Shown here: piece after piece, positions 49,438-59,722 of the stretch
Layout of the letters: every line of letters begins with the position of its first letter
Numbering within the stretch: the stretch's first letter is position 1
DNA from: Candidatus Saccharimonadota bacterium
Lineage (GTDB): Bacteria > Patescibacteriota > Saccharimonadia > Saccharimonadales > DTSZ01
Reading direction: 5' to 3'
DNA length: 64,000 nt
NCBI GenBank assembly: GCA_012965045.1
Contig: DTSZ01000001.1
Span: 156,937 to 220,936 of the forward strand
Program-made: the position numbers and the translations under genes
The notes under the pieces: generated by a model
What the model was told of the DNA's origin: nothing
What the model saw: only the letters and a program-made list of their open reading frames with translations
The model's database searches: none

Positions 49438-51249
49438 TCAGTTTTTCTTTTTTCGTTGGTTCTTATCTAGTTCACGTTTTCGCAGGCGTAGTGAATTTGG
49501 AGTTACTTCAAGCAACTCGTCGTCCTCTAAAAAGTCTATACATTGCTCCAAACTTAACTCGGTAGCTGGTGTAAGTTGTACGGTTCCGTCGCTGCCCGAG
49601 CTTCGCATGTTCGTAAGGTGTTTTTCTTTGGTGACATTAAATTCTAGATCGTCGCGTTGTGAGGTCAAACCAACGATTTGCCCGGCGTACACTTGCACGC
49701 CTGGCTTAACAATTAACGTTCCGCGGGCCTCGGCGTTTTGCAGCGCGTACGGAGTTGTCTTGCCGCCTTCATGGGCTATAAGCACGCCGTTTCGTTGCTG
49801 GCTGATGCCTGTTGTTTTTGGTTCGTAGCCGCTCATTAAACTGTGCATTATTAACGTGCCTTTTGTTGCGGTAATTAAAGAGCTTCTTGCACCAAGTAAG
49901 TTTCTGGTAGCTATACGATAGCGCAGCAGAACATCCCCGCTGTCGGTGTTTGATTGTTCTAGCATTTCGCCGCGTCGCTTACCGAATTCGTTTTGAATAA
50001 CTCCAGCATGTTCTATTGGTATTTCGATCGTTACTTCTTCGAATGGTTCGAGTGTTTGGCCATCTTTTTCCTGGAACACTACCTGTGGCCGGCCAATTTC
50101 CATTTCAAAACCTTCGCGTCGCATGGTTTCAATCAATACACTCAAGTGTAGTTCACCGCGGCCTTGCAAAATAAAGCCAATGCCTTCGGGGTTAACTTTA
50201 AGACCTATGTTAGTTTCAAGCTCTTTTTGCAGGCGTTCACCAATTTGGCGGCTGGTTGTAAATTCGCCTTCTTTACCTTTAAGGGGAGAGGTATTAGGGC
50301 CAAGGTACATGCTGAGCGTTGGCGGTTCGAGCTCAATAGACGGTAGTGCCTCTGGGTTTTCGCCGGCAGCTATTGTTTGACCGATCTGAGCGTCTTTTAC
50401 TCCACTCAGCGCAACAATGTCTCCTGTAGAGGCAGATTCTACCTCAGTTTTGCCTAAACCTTTAAAGCCGTAAATTTTTTCTACTTTTTGAGTTGCGACC
50501 ACCCCGTCTGGTGTTACTAATTTGACTGACGTGGCTGGCGTAATTGTGCCGCGCTCTACTTTACCTACGACGTACTTTCCTTCGTAAGAGTCCCACTGCA
50601 AGGTTGTTGCGAGTAGCTGAAAATCACCATCATTGGTTTTTGGCTCCGGAACATGGTTAATTATTGCGTTAAATAACGGCATAATGTCTCCGTCAGCTTG
50701 CAATGAATCTGGTCTAGTTTCCCAAACCTTACCGTCACGTCCAACGGCATAATAGACCGGGTAGTGAAGTTGACTATCGTCGGTTGCTAGCTCTAAAAAC
50801 AGGTCAGCTACTGCGTTTTCGACAAACTCTATGCGAGCAGCTGGTTTGTCGATTTTGTTAATGACGACAATTGGTTTGAGGTTTGCCTCAAATGCCTTTT
50901 TAAGTACAAATTTAGTCTGCGGCATCGGCCCTTCTTGCGCATCTACAATTAGCAAACAACCATCTGCCATGTGCAATGTGCGTTCGACTTCTCCACCAAA
51001 ATCAGCGTGACCGGGGGTGTCGATGATGTTTATGTGGACGTCGCCGTACTCAACAGCCGTCACTTTAGCGGTGATGGTGATACCGCGTTCTTTTTCTTGG
51101 TCGCCACTGTCCATAATCAGCTCTTGGCTCATTTCAGCTTGGTTATCGCGGAAGGTTTGTGATTGCTTCAATAACGCATCAACCAGCGTAGTTTTACCAT
51201 GATCCACATGGGCTACGATTGCTACGTTTCTAATTTGTTTCTTCTGCAT
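49438..51249 (-). CDS. typA: Translational GTPase TypA/BipA
   Basis: [20 protein letters not shown]1 motif, plus DTPGH and NKID. 603 aa. Confidence 0.95.
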   Translation of the reverse strand: MQKKQIRNVAIVAHVDHGKTTLVDALLKQSQTFRDNQAEMSQELIMDSGDQEKERGITITAKVTAVEYGDVHINIIDTPGHADFGGEVERTLHMADGCLLIVDAQEGPMPQTKFVLKKAFEANLKPIVVINKIDKPAARIEFVENAVADLFLELATDDSQLHYPVYYAVGRDGKVWETRPDSLQADGDIMPLFNAIINHVPEPKTNDGDFQLLATTLQWDSYEGKYVVGKVERGTITPATSVKLVTPDGVVATQKVEKIYGFKGLGKTEVESASTGDIVALSGVKDAQIGQTIAAGENPEALPSIELEPPTLSMYLGPNTSPLKGKEGEFTTSRQIGERLQKELETNIGLKVNPEGIGFILQGRGELHLSVLIETMRREGFEMEIGRPQVVFQEKDGQTLEPFEEVTIEIPIEHAGVIQNEFGKRRGEMLEQSNTDSGDVLLRYRIATRNLLGARSSLITATKGTLIMHSLMSGYEPKTTGISQQRNGVLIAHEGGKTTPYALQNAEARGTLIVKPGVQVYAGQIVGLTSQRDDLEFNVTKEKHLTNMRSSGSDGTVQLTPATELSLEQCIDFLEDDELLEVTPNSLRLRKRELDKNQRKKKN

Positions 51250-51347
51250 ATAAAAAGCACCCCATTTAAAAGGTGCCTCCTTTTACTTCGCTAGAGCTTA
51301 GCACACTATCTGTTAATAAGATAGCGTCTAAGCTCTATGGCGTTTAT

Positions 51348-52013
51348 TTATTGAGGAGTTTGCGAAGCGTCGATTTCTGGAATTTCAACAGTTTCGAACT
51401 CGGTTGGTATTTCTATTGAAACGTCGGCGTTGTAGTCATAAACAATCGAGACTTGTTCGCCCTCGTTGAATGGGCCTGTAACTTCAATGACTCGCCCGTC
51501 ATTAACTTTAATTTGACCGGTAATACCCTCTTCATCGGTAAATTCATAAATGTCACAGGTACCTACTGCGCAGTCGCCGGTTCCTATACTTGTAGCTTCC
51601 TCGGCTAAGGCGTTAAATTCTGGGTCATTATTTAATTGGGTAAAGCTCGATGAATCAAGCATCTGACTAGCTGTGTTTGGGAGCTTTAAAGTTGTGCCTT
51701 CTGAATCAATGGTGTAGAAGTCAGTACCGTCAACGATAAATGTTCCGCCATCTTCGCCTTCAATATCCATTCGGTACGTGTCGGCGTCTTCAACTTCTAT
51801 AGTACCTACAGTGTTTGTGCCGTTTTCTGTAGTAGTTATGATAATTCTAAAATTACTGTCTGGGAACGAAAACGGTGATCCGTTTGCGTCTGTCGTGGAC
51901 GATTCAGTTTGCGACGACTGACTTGTATCGTCACTATTGTTATTCAGCACGACAAATCCGACTGCACCTAACAAAGCCACAGCCAAACCAGCGCCAATTA
52001 GTGTTTTATTCAT
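51348..52013 (-). CDS. Secreted/anchored acidic hypothetical protein
   Basis: An N-terminal signal/TM helix followed by a Thr/Asp/Glu-rich domain. No motif recognised. Confidence 0.5.
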   Translation of the reverse strand: MNKTLIGAGLAVALLGAVGFVVLNNNSDDTSQSSQTESSTTDANGSPFSFPDSNFRIIITTTENGTNTVGTIEVEDADTYRMDIEGEDGGTFIVDGTDFYTIDSEGTTLKLPNTASQMLDSSSFTQLNNDPEFNALAEEATSIGTGDCAVGTCDIYEFTDEEGITGQIKVNDGRVIEVTGPFNEGEQVSIVYDYNADVSIEIPTEFETVEIPEIDASQTPQ

Positions 52014-52100
52014 AGCATCACTACCCCTTTAATATATGTTCATTATACAGTTCGTTTGCCGTAAAGCTTGTATACTTTAATCAAATTATCAGGAGGGACA

Positions 52101-52826
52101 ATGTCTCAATTTAACGATCTTAGCGCTGTTTTTATTAATTGCTCACTTAAGCGGGATGGAAACGATTCACATACCCAGCTTTTAATGAACCGAGCTATTG
52201 GTATTATGGAGGCCGAAGGCGTATCTGTAGAAACCATTCACGCCCTTGACCACACCATAGACACCGGAATGATAAAAGACGGGAGTGAGTTTGGTCGAAC
52301 AGACGATTGGCCGGCTATTCAGAAAAAAATCTTACAGGCGGATATTCTTGTACTGGGCACTCCAATTTGGCTTGGCGTAAAGTCGAGTGTTTGTACACAA
52401 GTTATTGAACGGATGTATGCCTACAGCGGCGATCGAAACGATAAGGGCCAGTATGTGTATTACGGTAAAACAGCTGGCTGCGTAATTACTGGTAACGAAG
52501 ACGGCGTAAAGCACTGTGCTATGGACATTCTGTATGCCATGAGCCATATCGGCTACACCATACCGCCACAAGCTGACAGCGGCTGGATTGGTGAGGCTGG
52601 GCCTGGCGGTAGTTATGGTGACACAGAGTTCGGCGACCAGACATTTGACAAGCCATTGGGCTATGACAATGACTTTACTAATCGAAACACCACCTTTATG
52701 GCCTGGAACCTAATGCACACTGCCCGCATGCTTAAAGATGCTGGTGGTATGCCAGCCAAAGGCAATGTGGCCGAAGACTGGCAGAATGCCACCAATGCTA
52801 AGGATCAAAATCCAGAGTATCGCTAA
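52101..52826 (+). CDS. Flavodoxin-like NAD(P)H-dependent FMN reductase family protein
   Basis: aggaggg RBS. VFINCSLKR...ILVLGTPIWLG matches the FMN_red pattern. Confidence 0.7.
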   Translation: MSQFNDLSAVFINCSLKRDGNDSHTQLLMNRAIGIMEAEGVSVETIHALDHTIDTGMIKDGSEFGRTDDWPAIQKKILQADILVLGTPIWLGVKSSVCTQVIERMYAYSGDRNDKGQYVYYGKTAGCVITGNEDGVKHCAMDILYAMSHIGYTIPPQADSGWIGEAGPGGSYGDTEFGDQTFDKPLGYDNDFTNRNTTFMAWNLMHTARMLKDAGGMPAKGNVAEDWQNATNAKDQNPEYR

Positions 52827-53464
52827 GAAATTTCCTCGTCAGCAAGGTTAGCATTCAGCACTTTAGCTTGAATATGGTAGTGTTGCTTTTCGTATTTAAC
52901 CGCACCTGCGTCAATTAATACTTTTGTTTGCAAGCTAACGGTTTCGCGGGCTAAGGCTGACATTTCTGCAATAGTTTGGTGCGTTACTGGTGGTGTCACG
53001 CGGCGCCATTTACCATTTTTTTCGGAATGCACTCGGTATAGGTAGCGGAATACCTCGCCAACTTTGTGGGTTGAACTGGTACTTTCTAAGCTTTGCAGTC
53101 GCAGCATTAACTCTTTTATTGTCTCAACACTCATTTCTAACATGTAGTTAGAAAATTCTAAATTAGCTTTTGTTTGTTCTATTAACTTTTCTGTTCGTAG
53201 TACGGCAATTTCGCAGTCAGTATAGGCCTCATAAAAATAGCGAGCCTTGTAGTGCTCTTTCATTGACCATATGAGCGGGAATACATCACCAGGCTTAAGG
53301 ATCATTAAAATCTTTTTCTCGCCCTTTGGTGCAATATCATACACAATCACATAACCTGACTTTATATAGAACGATTCAATAAGTTCAGAGGACTGAAAAA
53401 TTATAATTTGATGCGCTGAATACTGCCGAACAGAGCCATTATTTTCGAAAATTTCACTGATCAT
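52823..53464 (-). CDS. Crp/Fnr-family transcriptional regulator
   Basis: A cNMP-binding-like beta-roll followed by a C-terminal HTH (HQTIAEMSALARETVSLQTKVL). The start at 53464 has a gaggag RBS. Confidence 0.75.
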   Translation of the reverse strand: MISEIFENNGSVRQYSAHQIIIFQSSELIESFYIKSGYVIVYDIAPKGEKKILMILKPGDVFPLIWSMKEHYKARYFYEAYTDCEIAVLRTEKLIEQTKANLEFSNYMLEMSVETIKELMLRLQSLESTSSTHKVGEVFRYLYRVHSEKNGKWRRVTPPVTHQTIAEMSALARETVSLQTKVLIDAGAVKYEKQHYHIQAKVLNANLADEEIS

Positions 53465-53609
53465 TGTTAGTCTCCTCACACTCATACTGTCATTAAATTG
53501 CCTAAATACCTAGCGTCAAACTAACTACCAAATTGTTGAATGCTCACTGAGCAATCTGCTCAATCTTCCTATAGTTATACGTACAAACAAAGAACGAAAG
53601 GAGGCAGAT

Positions 53610-53765
53610 TTGAACGATGCACTATGGTTTGTAAGCGAAGTCAGTCAGTCAATATATGACCAAGTACTAACATCGCCGATAACCCTAATTGTCGTTGCGA
53701 TCGTAACTCTTCCAGGAGTTATGGCCAAACTTACGCAATTTGTTTATCAAAAAATATCTAACTAA
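53610..53765 (+). CDS. Small membrane protein ORF (51 aa, TTG start)
   Basis: aaaggagg RBS 6 nt upstream. My own translation gives MNDALWFVSEVSQSIYDQVLTSPITLIVVAIVTLPGVMAKLTQFVYQKISN. Confidence 0.35.
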   Translation: MNDALWFVSEVSQSIYDQVLTSPITLIVVAIVTLPGVMAKLTQFVYQKISN

Positions 53766-53794
53766 ATAAATGTAACACTAAAGGAGTATATTTT

Positions 53795-54049
53795 ATGTCA
53801 ATTTTATTATGGATTATTTTCGGAGCATTAGCCGGTTGGATTGCTTCAATGATAGCTAATACTAACGAGCAGATGGGTGCTCTAGCCAATATAGGTGTGG
53901 GTATTGTCGGTGCGATACTTGGTGGATGGATTATATCCCTGCTGGGAGGAACAAGTGTAACTGGCTTTAATATCTGGAGCCTAATTGTTGCAGTACTTGG
54001 GTCAGTACTATTTTTATCAATTATCAAAACCGTCTCAACTAACAGCTAA
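53795..54049 (+). CDS. GlsB/YeaQ/YmgE-family (transglycosylase-associated) stress membrane protein
   Basis: The WIIFGALAGWIA...GIVGAILGGW pattern; 84 aa. Confidence 0.8.
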   Translation: MSILLWIIFGALAGWIASMIANTNEQMGALANIGVGIVGAILGGWIISLLGGTSVTGFNIWSLIVAVLGSVLFLSIIKTVSTNS

Positions 54050-54136
54050 TTCCCCTACATTCATCAACAATAAACCGAGTGGTCGTCACTGGCCGCTCGG
54101 TAGAAAGGCTAAAAAGCTATTGGTATAGAAAATAAT

Positions 54137-55282
54137 ATGTTTAATAGTCACTTTACAAAAATTAACCATCTCATTAATCAGGACTCGTCATCGCCCAAGA
54201 TTAGTATCATTATTCCAACTCACGTTGAGGCTAATGGGCAGAATCAAGAGGCTGATCGTATTCGAATAAAGAATGCATTTGCCGAGGTTCGCAATTCATT
54301 AACTCTTGATAAAGAACTGCAAGAGGCCGTAGATGTGGCTGAGTCGAAGCTGCTGTCGGACAAGGTAATCAAGGAGCTGTCGACGAGTCTCGCGGTGTAC
54401 GTTAGTAGGCAGACATTTGAGATGTTTCATCTAACATACGAAACAACAGAGGTCGTTCATTGCGGCGATTCGTTTATTGTTTCGCCAATCATACTCGATA
54501 AGTCTCTCGGCTTGTCGATGTATGTGTTTCATACTAGCTTAAAAAACCCGAGCCTATTCATATATGAAGGCGGTGAGCTTACAGAGCTCGATGAACTTGA
54601 TCTACCGAGCGACCTGCAACAAGCTATGAAAATAGATGAATACCTTAAAGACAAGCAGCACCATGTTTCTGGTGATGCTATTCATCACGGACACGGAGCA
54701 AGCGACAATAAACAGGACGACATAGAGGTCTACTACAAGCGTCTTGCGAACGTTTTTGACGAATATCTGGCGTCTAAAGAGTTGCCGCTATTGCTCGTTG
54801 GGGCTCAGGAGCGAATACACCAGCTCAAGGCTAACCTACAGTACCCTAATGTTTTGAGCCAGCAGTTGCAGGGTAGTTACAACCACCTCAACAAAACAGA
54901 ATTAGCAGAAAAGCTTCAGTCGGCGGTTCATTCTCTACTGCGCGAGGACCTCGATCAGCGTGAATCAACACTGCAATCGACGCAAAAAGAGCTATTGGCC
55001 GATGAGTATGCTGACATAACATCTGCCGTTGAGATTGGTCAGGTAGAAAGTCTCTACGTGCCGGTTCTACGGACGACAAACGACAGTGTTCGCCCTAATA
55101 ATCCAACTAAACTGCTCTTCGATTACAGCAACTATAATCTTAAAAAACTAGAGCAACTGGTACGTAATGTAATTAGTCAGGGCGGATCTGTATTGGCCTT
55201 GCCGAGTACGTTTAAAAATAAGGCTGCGGCTAAATTTTATGCCAAATTACGCTATACACTGGAGGCTGATAATGCCGTATAG
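54137..55282 (+). CDS. Hypothetical protein (possibly a bacterial eRF1-like baeRF-type family; tentative)
   Basis: 381 aa with an N-terminal ISIIIPTH segment. Its stop overlaps the chaB-like gene by 11 nt. Confidence 0.45.
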   Translation: MFNSHFTKINHLINQDSSSPKISIIIPTHVEANGQNQEADRIRIKNAFAEVRNSLTLDKELQEAVDVAESKLLSDKVIKELSTSLAVYVSRQTFEMFHLTYETTEVVHCGDSFIVSPIILDKSLGLSMYVFHTSLKNPSLFIYEGGELTELDELDLPSDLQQAMKIDEYLKDKQHHVSGDAIHHGHGASDNKQDDIEVYYKRLANVFDEYLASKELPLLLVGAQERIHQLKANLQYPNVLSQQLQGSYNHLNKTELAEKLQSAVHSLLREDLDQRESTLQSTQKELLADEYADITSAVEIGQVESLYVPVLRTTNDSVRPNNPTKLLFDYSNYNLKKLEQLVRNVISQGGSVLALPSTFKNKAAAKFYAKLRYTLEADNAV

Positions 55283-55475
55283 CAACCTCTCTGATCTACC
55301 AGACCAAGTAAAAGACAATCTGCCTCACCACGCTCAAGAAATCTACAAAGAAGCCTATAACAGCGCGCTTGAGCAGTACGACGATGAGCAGCGCTCACAT
55401 CAAACCGCGTGGGCGGCGGTTAAAAACAAGTATCACAAAAATCAGGATGGTGAGTGGGTGGAAGATTCGGATTAA
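55272..55475 (+). CDS. ChaB-family protein
   Basis: MPYSNLSDLPDQVKDNLPHHAQEIYKEAYNSA...AWAAVKNKY matches the ChaB pattern, with a ggagg RBS. Confidence 0.75.
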   Translation: MPYSNLSDLPDQVKDNLPHHAQEIYKEAYNSALEQYDDEQRSHQTAWAAVKNKYHKNQDGEWVEDSD

Positions 55476-56257
55476 ATGTACGCCATTGTTTCTTCAAACG
55501 ACTCATATAGTGGGTGATGGCCAGAATTGACTAGTGTCTGCAGCGAAATGTTTTCGTTTTTAGTAGTCACATATTCTAAAAAATTCTGGTCTAACCCACT
55601 GTCGGCTATTCCACGCACTAAAGTGATAGGTATATGGCAAGCCGCAAGGCTTTTTTTAACATCTTGATGAATTAAGGTGTTTTTTAAGCTTCTGCTGTAA
55701 GACCGCCAGCTATGCAAGCGACCGTCATGCAGTACTTTTTTCGGTAAACTACTGCCACTACCGGTGGCCGCATAAACTGGCTTGGCTAGCGCAGAAATTT
55801 TACACAAAGAATGACACAACGCCCACGCCAACGGCCCGTGCCGAAACATCGCCGGCACATCAGTGGTATTGGCAATTAATGCCTTAGCCTCGGCGTCAGC
55901 GCTAAACAGCATCGGGCTTAAAAAAACCGCCCGATCAATGATACCGCTCATTTGCGTCAACACATCAACCAGTATCACCGTCGAAAGTGATTGCCCGACT
56001 ACAGTTATCGGCTGAGTCAGGTTAATAGTTTTAAGAGTGGCTACAATTGCATCAGCATGATCGTGAGCACTGTACAGGCAGTCTCGCGGTTTGGGGCTGT
56101 TGCCGAAACCAAGCAAATCAAGCGCTATAGTACTTCTGCCCTGCATTTGTAGCTGCTCAACTGCTGGGTCCCAGTAGCGAACCGACCCCAACATTCCAGG
56201 GACAAGAATTGTCGTTGGCCCAGTCCCCTTCTTTTCATAATGTAGTGTCCGCGTCAT
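55472..56257 (-). CDS. Alpha/beta-fold hydrolase
   Basis: ILVPGMLGS oxyanion region, a GQSLS nucleophile elbow, and a C-terminal SGHHP. Start moved to the ATG at 56257 to avoid overlap with metK. Confidence 0.7.
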   Translation of the reverse strand: MTRTLHYEKKGTGPTTILVPGMLGSVRYWDPAVEQLQMQGRSTIALDLLGFGNSPKPRDCLYSAHDHADAIVATLKTINLTQPITVVGQSLSTVILVDVLTQMSGIIDRAVFLSPMLFSADAEAKALIANTTDVPAMFRHGPLAWALCHSLCKISALAKPVYAATGSGSSLPKKVLHDGRLHSWRSYSRSLKNTLIHQDVKKSLAACHIPITLVRGIADSGLDQNFLEYVTTKNENISLQTLVNSGHHPLYESFEETMAYI

Positions 56258-56288
56258 ATATCTTGGTATTGTAGCGTACCGTTGTGGC

Positions 56289-57266
56289 TTACTGCTCCCA
56301 AGCAAAGTCTTTGTGCCCAAAGTGCCCATATTCGGCTGTGGTGGCATACTGAGGTTTTCGAAGATCTAAACTAGAAATTATTCCATTTGGACTTAAGTCG
56401 TAGCCGCTCACTAATTTTTGTTTACCATCAACTATTACAATTGCCTCCAACGGCTGGTCGTAGCCGATCGCATAGGCTAAGTAACAAAACACTTCTTTGG
56501 CGTTTTGTTTTTTAAGTGTGTCGCGGGCAATCTTTCGAGCCATGTAGGCAGCTGATCGGTCGACTTTCGAAGGGTCTTTCCCGGAAAAACAGCCGCCGCC
56601 AATTGGTATCCGCGGCCCGTAATTATCGACAACAAGTTTTCGGCCTGTTAGACCAGTGTCGGCGTCAAAACCGCCCATGTGCCAGTCGCCAGCAGGATTA
56701 ATGTGTAATGTTGTTTTCTTATCTGACTCGGCTAGTTGCTGTGTACTTAGCCATGTCTGCACGGCATCGGTTAATTCGGCACTTGCTGCGTTCTGAAAGC
56801 TGGCCACAACTGATTCAATTGAATTATCGCGTAGGGTTATTTGAGTTTTACCATCAAACTCCCACTGGCTGTACAAGTACTGGTTTAATTGTCGTGACAA
56901 TACTACCTCAAGCGGCAACAACTCTTCGGTTTCGCTGCTGGCATATCCCACCATTATTCCTTGGTCGCCGGCTCCACCTGTATCGACACCTTGGGCAATT
57001 TCTGGGCTTTGAGCGACGATTCTGGTTTCAACTTCTATACTGTGTCCAACAATGGTCCGAGCAGTCTCCTCTATGTCTATATCGGCAGTTGATGTAACTT
57101 CACCAAATACAAACAGCTTACCGTGCCCGCCTGCAGATTCTACAGCTACACGAGCGTTTGGGTCGTCGCGCAGATAGGCATCTAGAATCTTGTCCGACAC
57201 TCGGTCGCATAGTTTGTCGGGGTGTTTAGGCGACACGCTTTCTGCGCTTTTGTAATTTGTTGACAT
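56289..57266 (-). CDS. metK: S-adenosylmethionine synthetase (short, 325 aa)
   Basis: SAESVSPKHPDKLCDRVSDKILDA and GAGDQGIMVGYA motifs, with a SAM-I riboswitch upstream. Confidence 0.85.
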   Translation of the reverse strand: MSTNYKSAESVSPKHPDKLCDRVSDKILDAYLRDDPNARVAVESAGGHGKLFVFGEVTSTADIDIEETARTIVGHSIEVETRIVAQSPEIAQGVDTGGAGDQGIMVGYASSETEELLPLEVVLSRQLNQYLYSQWEFDGKTQITLRDNSIESVVASFQNAASAELTDAVQTWLSTQQLAESDKKTTLHINPAGDWHMGGFDADTGLTGRKLVVDNYGPRIPIGGGCFSGKDPSKVDRSAAYMARKIARDTLKKQNAKEVFCYLAYAIGYDQPLEAIVIVDGKQKLVSGYDLSPNGIISSLDLRKPQYATTAEYGHFGHKDFAWEQ

Positions 57267-57319
57267 AAAAATAACTCCTTTTTGGCATGGCTCAGAGCGT
57301 CTTTTCTGTTAAAAAAGAA

Positions 57320-57432
57320 TCACCATCTTCCTGCGTTTGAATGTCATGCAGGCTGAATGTAGCACCTTGCGTGAATTGCTGGTTGCTGGCGGGTCATAGG
57401 GTCAGGTCCCTCGCCGCTCTCTTGATGCCGAT
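57320..57432 (-). promoter_or_regulatory. SAM-I (S-box) riboswitch
   Basis: The minus-strand RNA is aucggcAUCAAGAGAGcGGcGAGGGACcUGaCCCuAUGAcCCgccaGCAACCagc...aaGGUGCUAcAUUCaGCcugc...gcaGGAAGAUGgugau. It matches the conserved S-box core and P1 pairing, directly upstream of metK. Confidence 0.85.
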
Positions 57433-57501
57433 TATGTTAATGTTTCAAAATAGTAGCACGTTATAGTGCATGTTCAAGTAGAAAATAAAAAAATCTGAAT
57501 G

Positions 57502-58596
57502 TTACGAAGAATACAGTTCAACTAATTTCGGACCGACGACCTCAATATCGAATTTTCGCACATGGTCGTGCTGCCACTGCAGCAGCTTTTGATGTAATGA
57601 ATCATCCTCTACAAGCGTGGTAATACGAGCAGCGAGCTCTGTGGTGTTGGTGGGGTCTACCAACAGATGTTCAGCCTGATCTTCTAAAACAGTTCTGTAG
57701 CCGGGGTTATCTCCACCCAGCGTAACCGTGCCAACTGACATAGCTTCTAAAAGCACAATGCCAAAACTTTCGCCGTGTAGTGATGGAAAGACAGCCAGTT
57801 CAGCCTTAGCAAGTTGGTTGTACTTCTCCTCTTCACTGACTCTACCCAAAAAAGTGACTCTGTCGCGCAAGCCTAAGCCGTCTACGAGCGCTTCAAGTGA
57901 TTTTCGCTGCGGTCCATCACCACAGATAGTTAGCATGTATTTCTTTTCCAGTAGAGCTACCGCTTCAAGTAGGTGGCGACAGCCTTTACGTTCAACTAGT
58001 CGGCCGAGGAAAACCAGGCTATGTCTACTTTTGTTTGCTGAAGTATTCGCTTTAGCAAACTGAATTACATTCGGTAGAATTTCAGTTGATACGCTGTAAT
58101 TATTGTGGGCAAATCGTTGGGCGGCTTTCGATACACTTACAAAAGAATCAAATTGTCGAAGAGACTTATTTTGCAAAAATCCCATTACTCGAGCCCCTGC
58201 TTTGGTAAACCATTGGTCAGCATCTATATGAAATGTGCCAACTTTTTTTGTTGAGGAATCAGCGTGTTTAAGTACTTTGCCTGCAAGCAATGGGTTGTAC
58301 GGTGCTTGCACATGCAGCACATCAAATTTTTCGGCCGCTAACACTTCTTTTATTTGCTTAGAGCTGGCTGGAAGCGGAATACTCAATGAATTGCCGTTTC
58401 CAGTTACTTTAAAATTTTTGCTTAACGAGTACGTGCGGTCTGGAAAAGGCCCGTGCTTGGTTTCTCCTACCAAAAACTTCACATCATGCCCGTGTGCGAG
58501 CAACCAGCGCCCAACAGTTTTAATATACTGCTGAATGCCATCGGTGCGGTCTAGGCTGTCGTCAAACACAAACCCTATTTTTAGTTTTTTACTCAT
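57502..58596 (-). CDS. GT4-family glycosyltransferase
   Basis: FPSLHGESFGIVLLEAM (the EX7E region) on a GT-B fold pattern. Confidence 0.8.
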   Translation of the reverse strand: MSKKLKIGFVFDDSLDRTDGIQQYIKTVGRWLLAHGHDVKFLVGETKHGPFPDRTYSLSKNFKVTGNGNSLSIPLPASSKQIKEVLAAEKFDVLHVQAPYNPLLAGKVLKHADSSTKKVGTFHIDADQWFTKAGARVMGFLQNKSLRQFDSFVSVSKAAQRFAHNNYSVSTEILPNVIQFAKANTSANKSRHSLVFLGRLVERKGCRHLLEAVALLEKKYMLTICGDGPQRKSLEALVDGLGLRDRVTFLGRVSEEEKYNQLAKAELAVFPSLHGESFGIVLLEAMSVGTVTLGGDNPGYRTVLEDQAEHLLVDPTNTTELAARITTLVEDDSLHQKLLQWQHDHVRKFDIEVVGPKLVELYSS

Positions 58597-59722
58597 GGAG
58601 TAGCTCGCTATATAGTTGTTCTATTTTATCAACCACTACTGGGTAGTTATATTGCTTAACCTCACGTTTTGCCCACGCAAGCCACGCTTTACGGGCTTTT
58701 TCATCTGTCAGAAACAACTCTAATTTACTGGCTAGTTCCTCTGTTTGGTAAGCATCAACTAAGCTGGCTTTTCCATCACCTGTCAGCACACATTGGTAGC
58801 CTGGATTGCTGCCAGCTACTGTGACAGTCCCCATGGCCATGGCCTCTAATAGAACAATTCCAAAGCTTTCACCAAACATAGCCGGGCTGCAGTAAATGTC
58901 GGCCCGTTTTAATAACGATCGCTTGCGTTCGTCAGAAACAAATCCGAGGAAGTTAACATTATCAATGTTGTGTTTTCGAACATAGTCTTTTAGAAATTCG
59001 TCGCGCACACCTTTGCCGGAAATAACTAGCACAACGTCGTCTCGCTTCTTTGACAGGCGTTCGAAGGCTTGTATGAGTAGCAGCGCGCCTTTGCGCTTTT
59101 CTAGACGGCCAATAAATAAAATAACTTTTTTGTCCGGGTAGATGTCTTCTGTCTGCGTTTTTTCCACGTCAAAGACCTCTAAATCAATACCGTTTGGTAT
59201 GTGGTTAAGTGGTAGATCCAAAAAATTTACCTTTTTAATCATGCGGGCGGATTCTTTTGACACAACTGTTAAGGCTTTAAGGTTTTTTATAGCCGCTTTT
59301 TGGTACGGCTTAATCAATCGTTCAAACGACGACGTAAAAACAGAGTCTGGCAGGCGGGCATGAAACGTCGCTACATTAACAGATGTAGATCGCGCTAAGA
59401 CTTGGATGCCTAATAATGGAATCCATGGTTCGTGTACATGCACAATGTCGAACTTGTAGTCTTCTAAAATTTTGTCTAATTGTTTGCGGTCGGTTGTTAT
59501 CATGGCCACATCGACCATGGTATTAAACGGAGTGTTAAGTTCTGTTGATCGGCCTAGCAGTATAACGTTCGGTTTTGGTTGGTCAGGTAGGGTTTTTGGG
59601 GTTGGTGCAATTATGTACACCTCATGCCCGCGACGCGTCAGCTCTTTTTGGTGCGCAAGCACCGCTTCTTGTACGCCGCCGCCTCGGTAAATGTTGTAAG
59701 GGCAAACCAAGGCAATCTTCAT
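58589..59722 (-). CDS. GT4-family glycosyltransferase
   Basis: SPAMFGESFGIVLLEAMA (the EX7E region). It overlaps the downstream GT4 gene by 8 nt. Confidence 0.8.
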   Translation of the reverse strand: MKIALVCPYNIYRGGGVQEAVLAHQKELTRRGHEVYIIAPTPKTLPDQPKPNVILLGRSTELNTPFNTMVDVAMITTDRKQLDKILEDYKFDIVHVHEPWIPLLGIQVLARSTSVNVATFHARLPDSVFTSSFERLIKPYQKAAIKNLKALTVVSKESARMIKKVNFLDLPLNHIPNGIDLEVFDVEKTQTEDIYPDKKVILFIGRLEKRKGALLLIQAFERLSKKRDDVVLVISGKGVRDEFLKDYVRKHNIDNVNFLGFVSDERKRSLLKRADIYCSPAMFGESFGIVLLEAMAMGTVTVAGSNPGYQCVLTGDGKASLVDAYQTEELASKLELFLTDEKARKAWLAWAKREVKQYNYPVVVDKIEQLYSELLHE

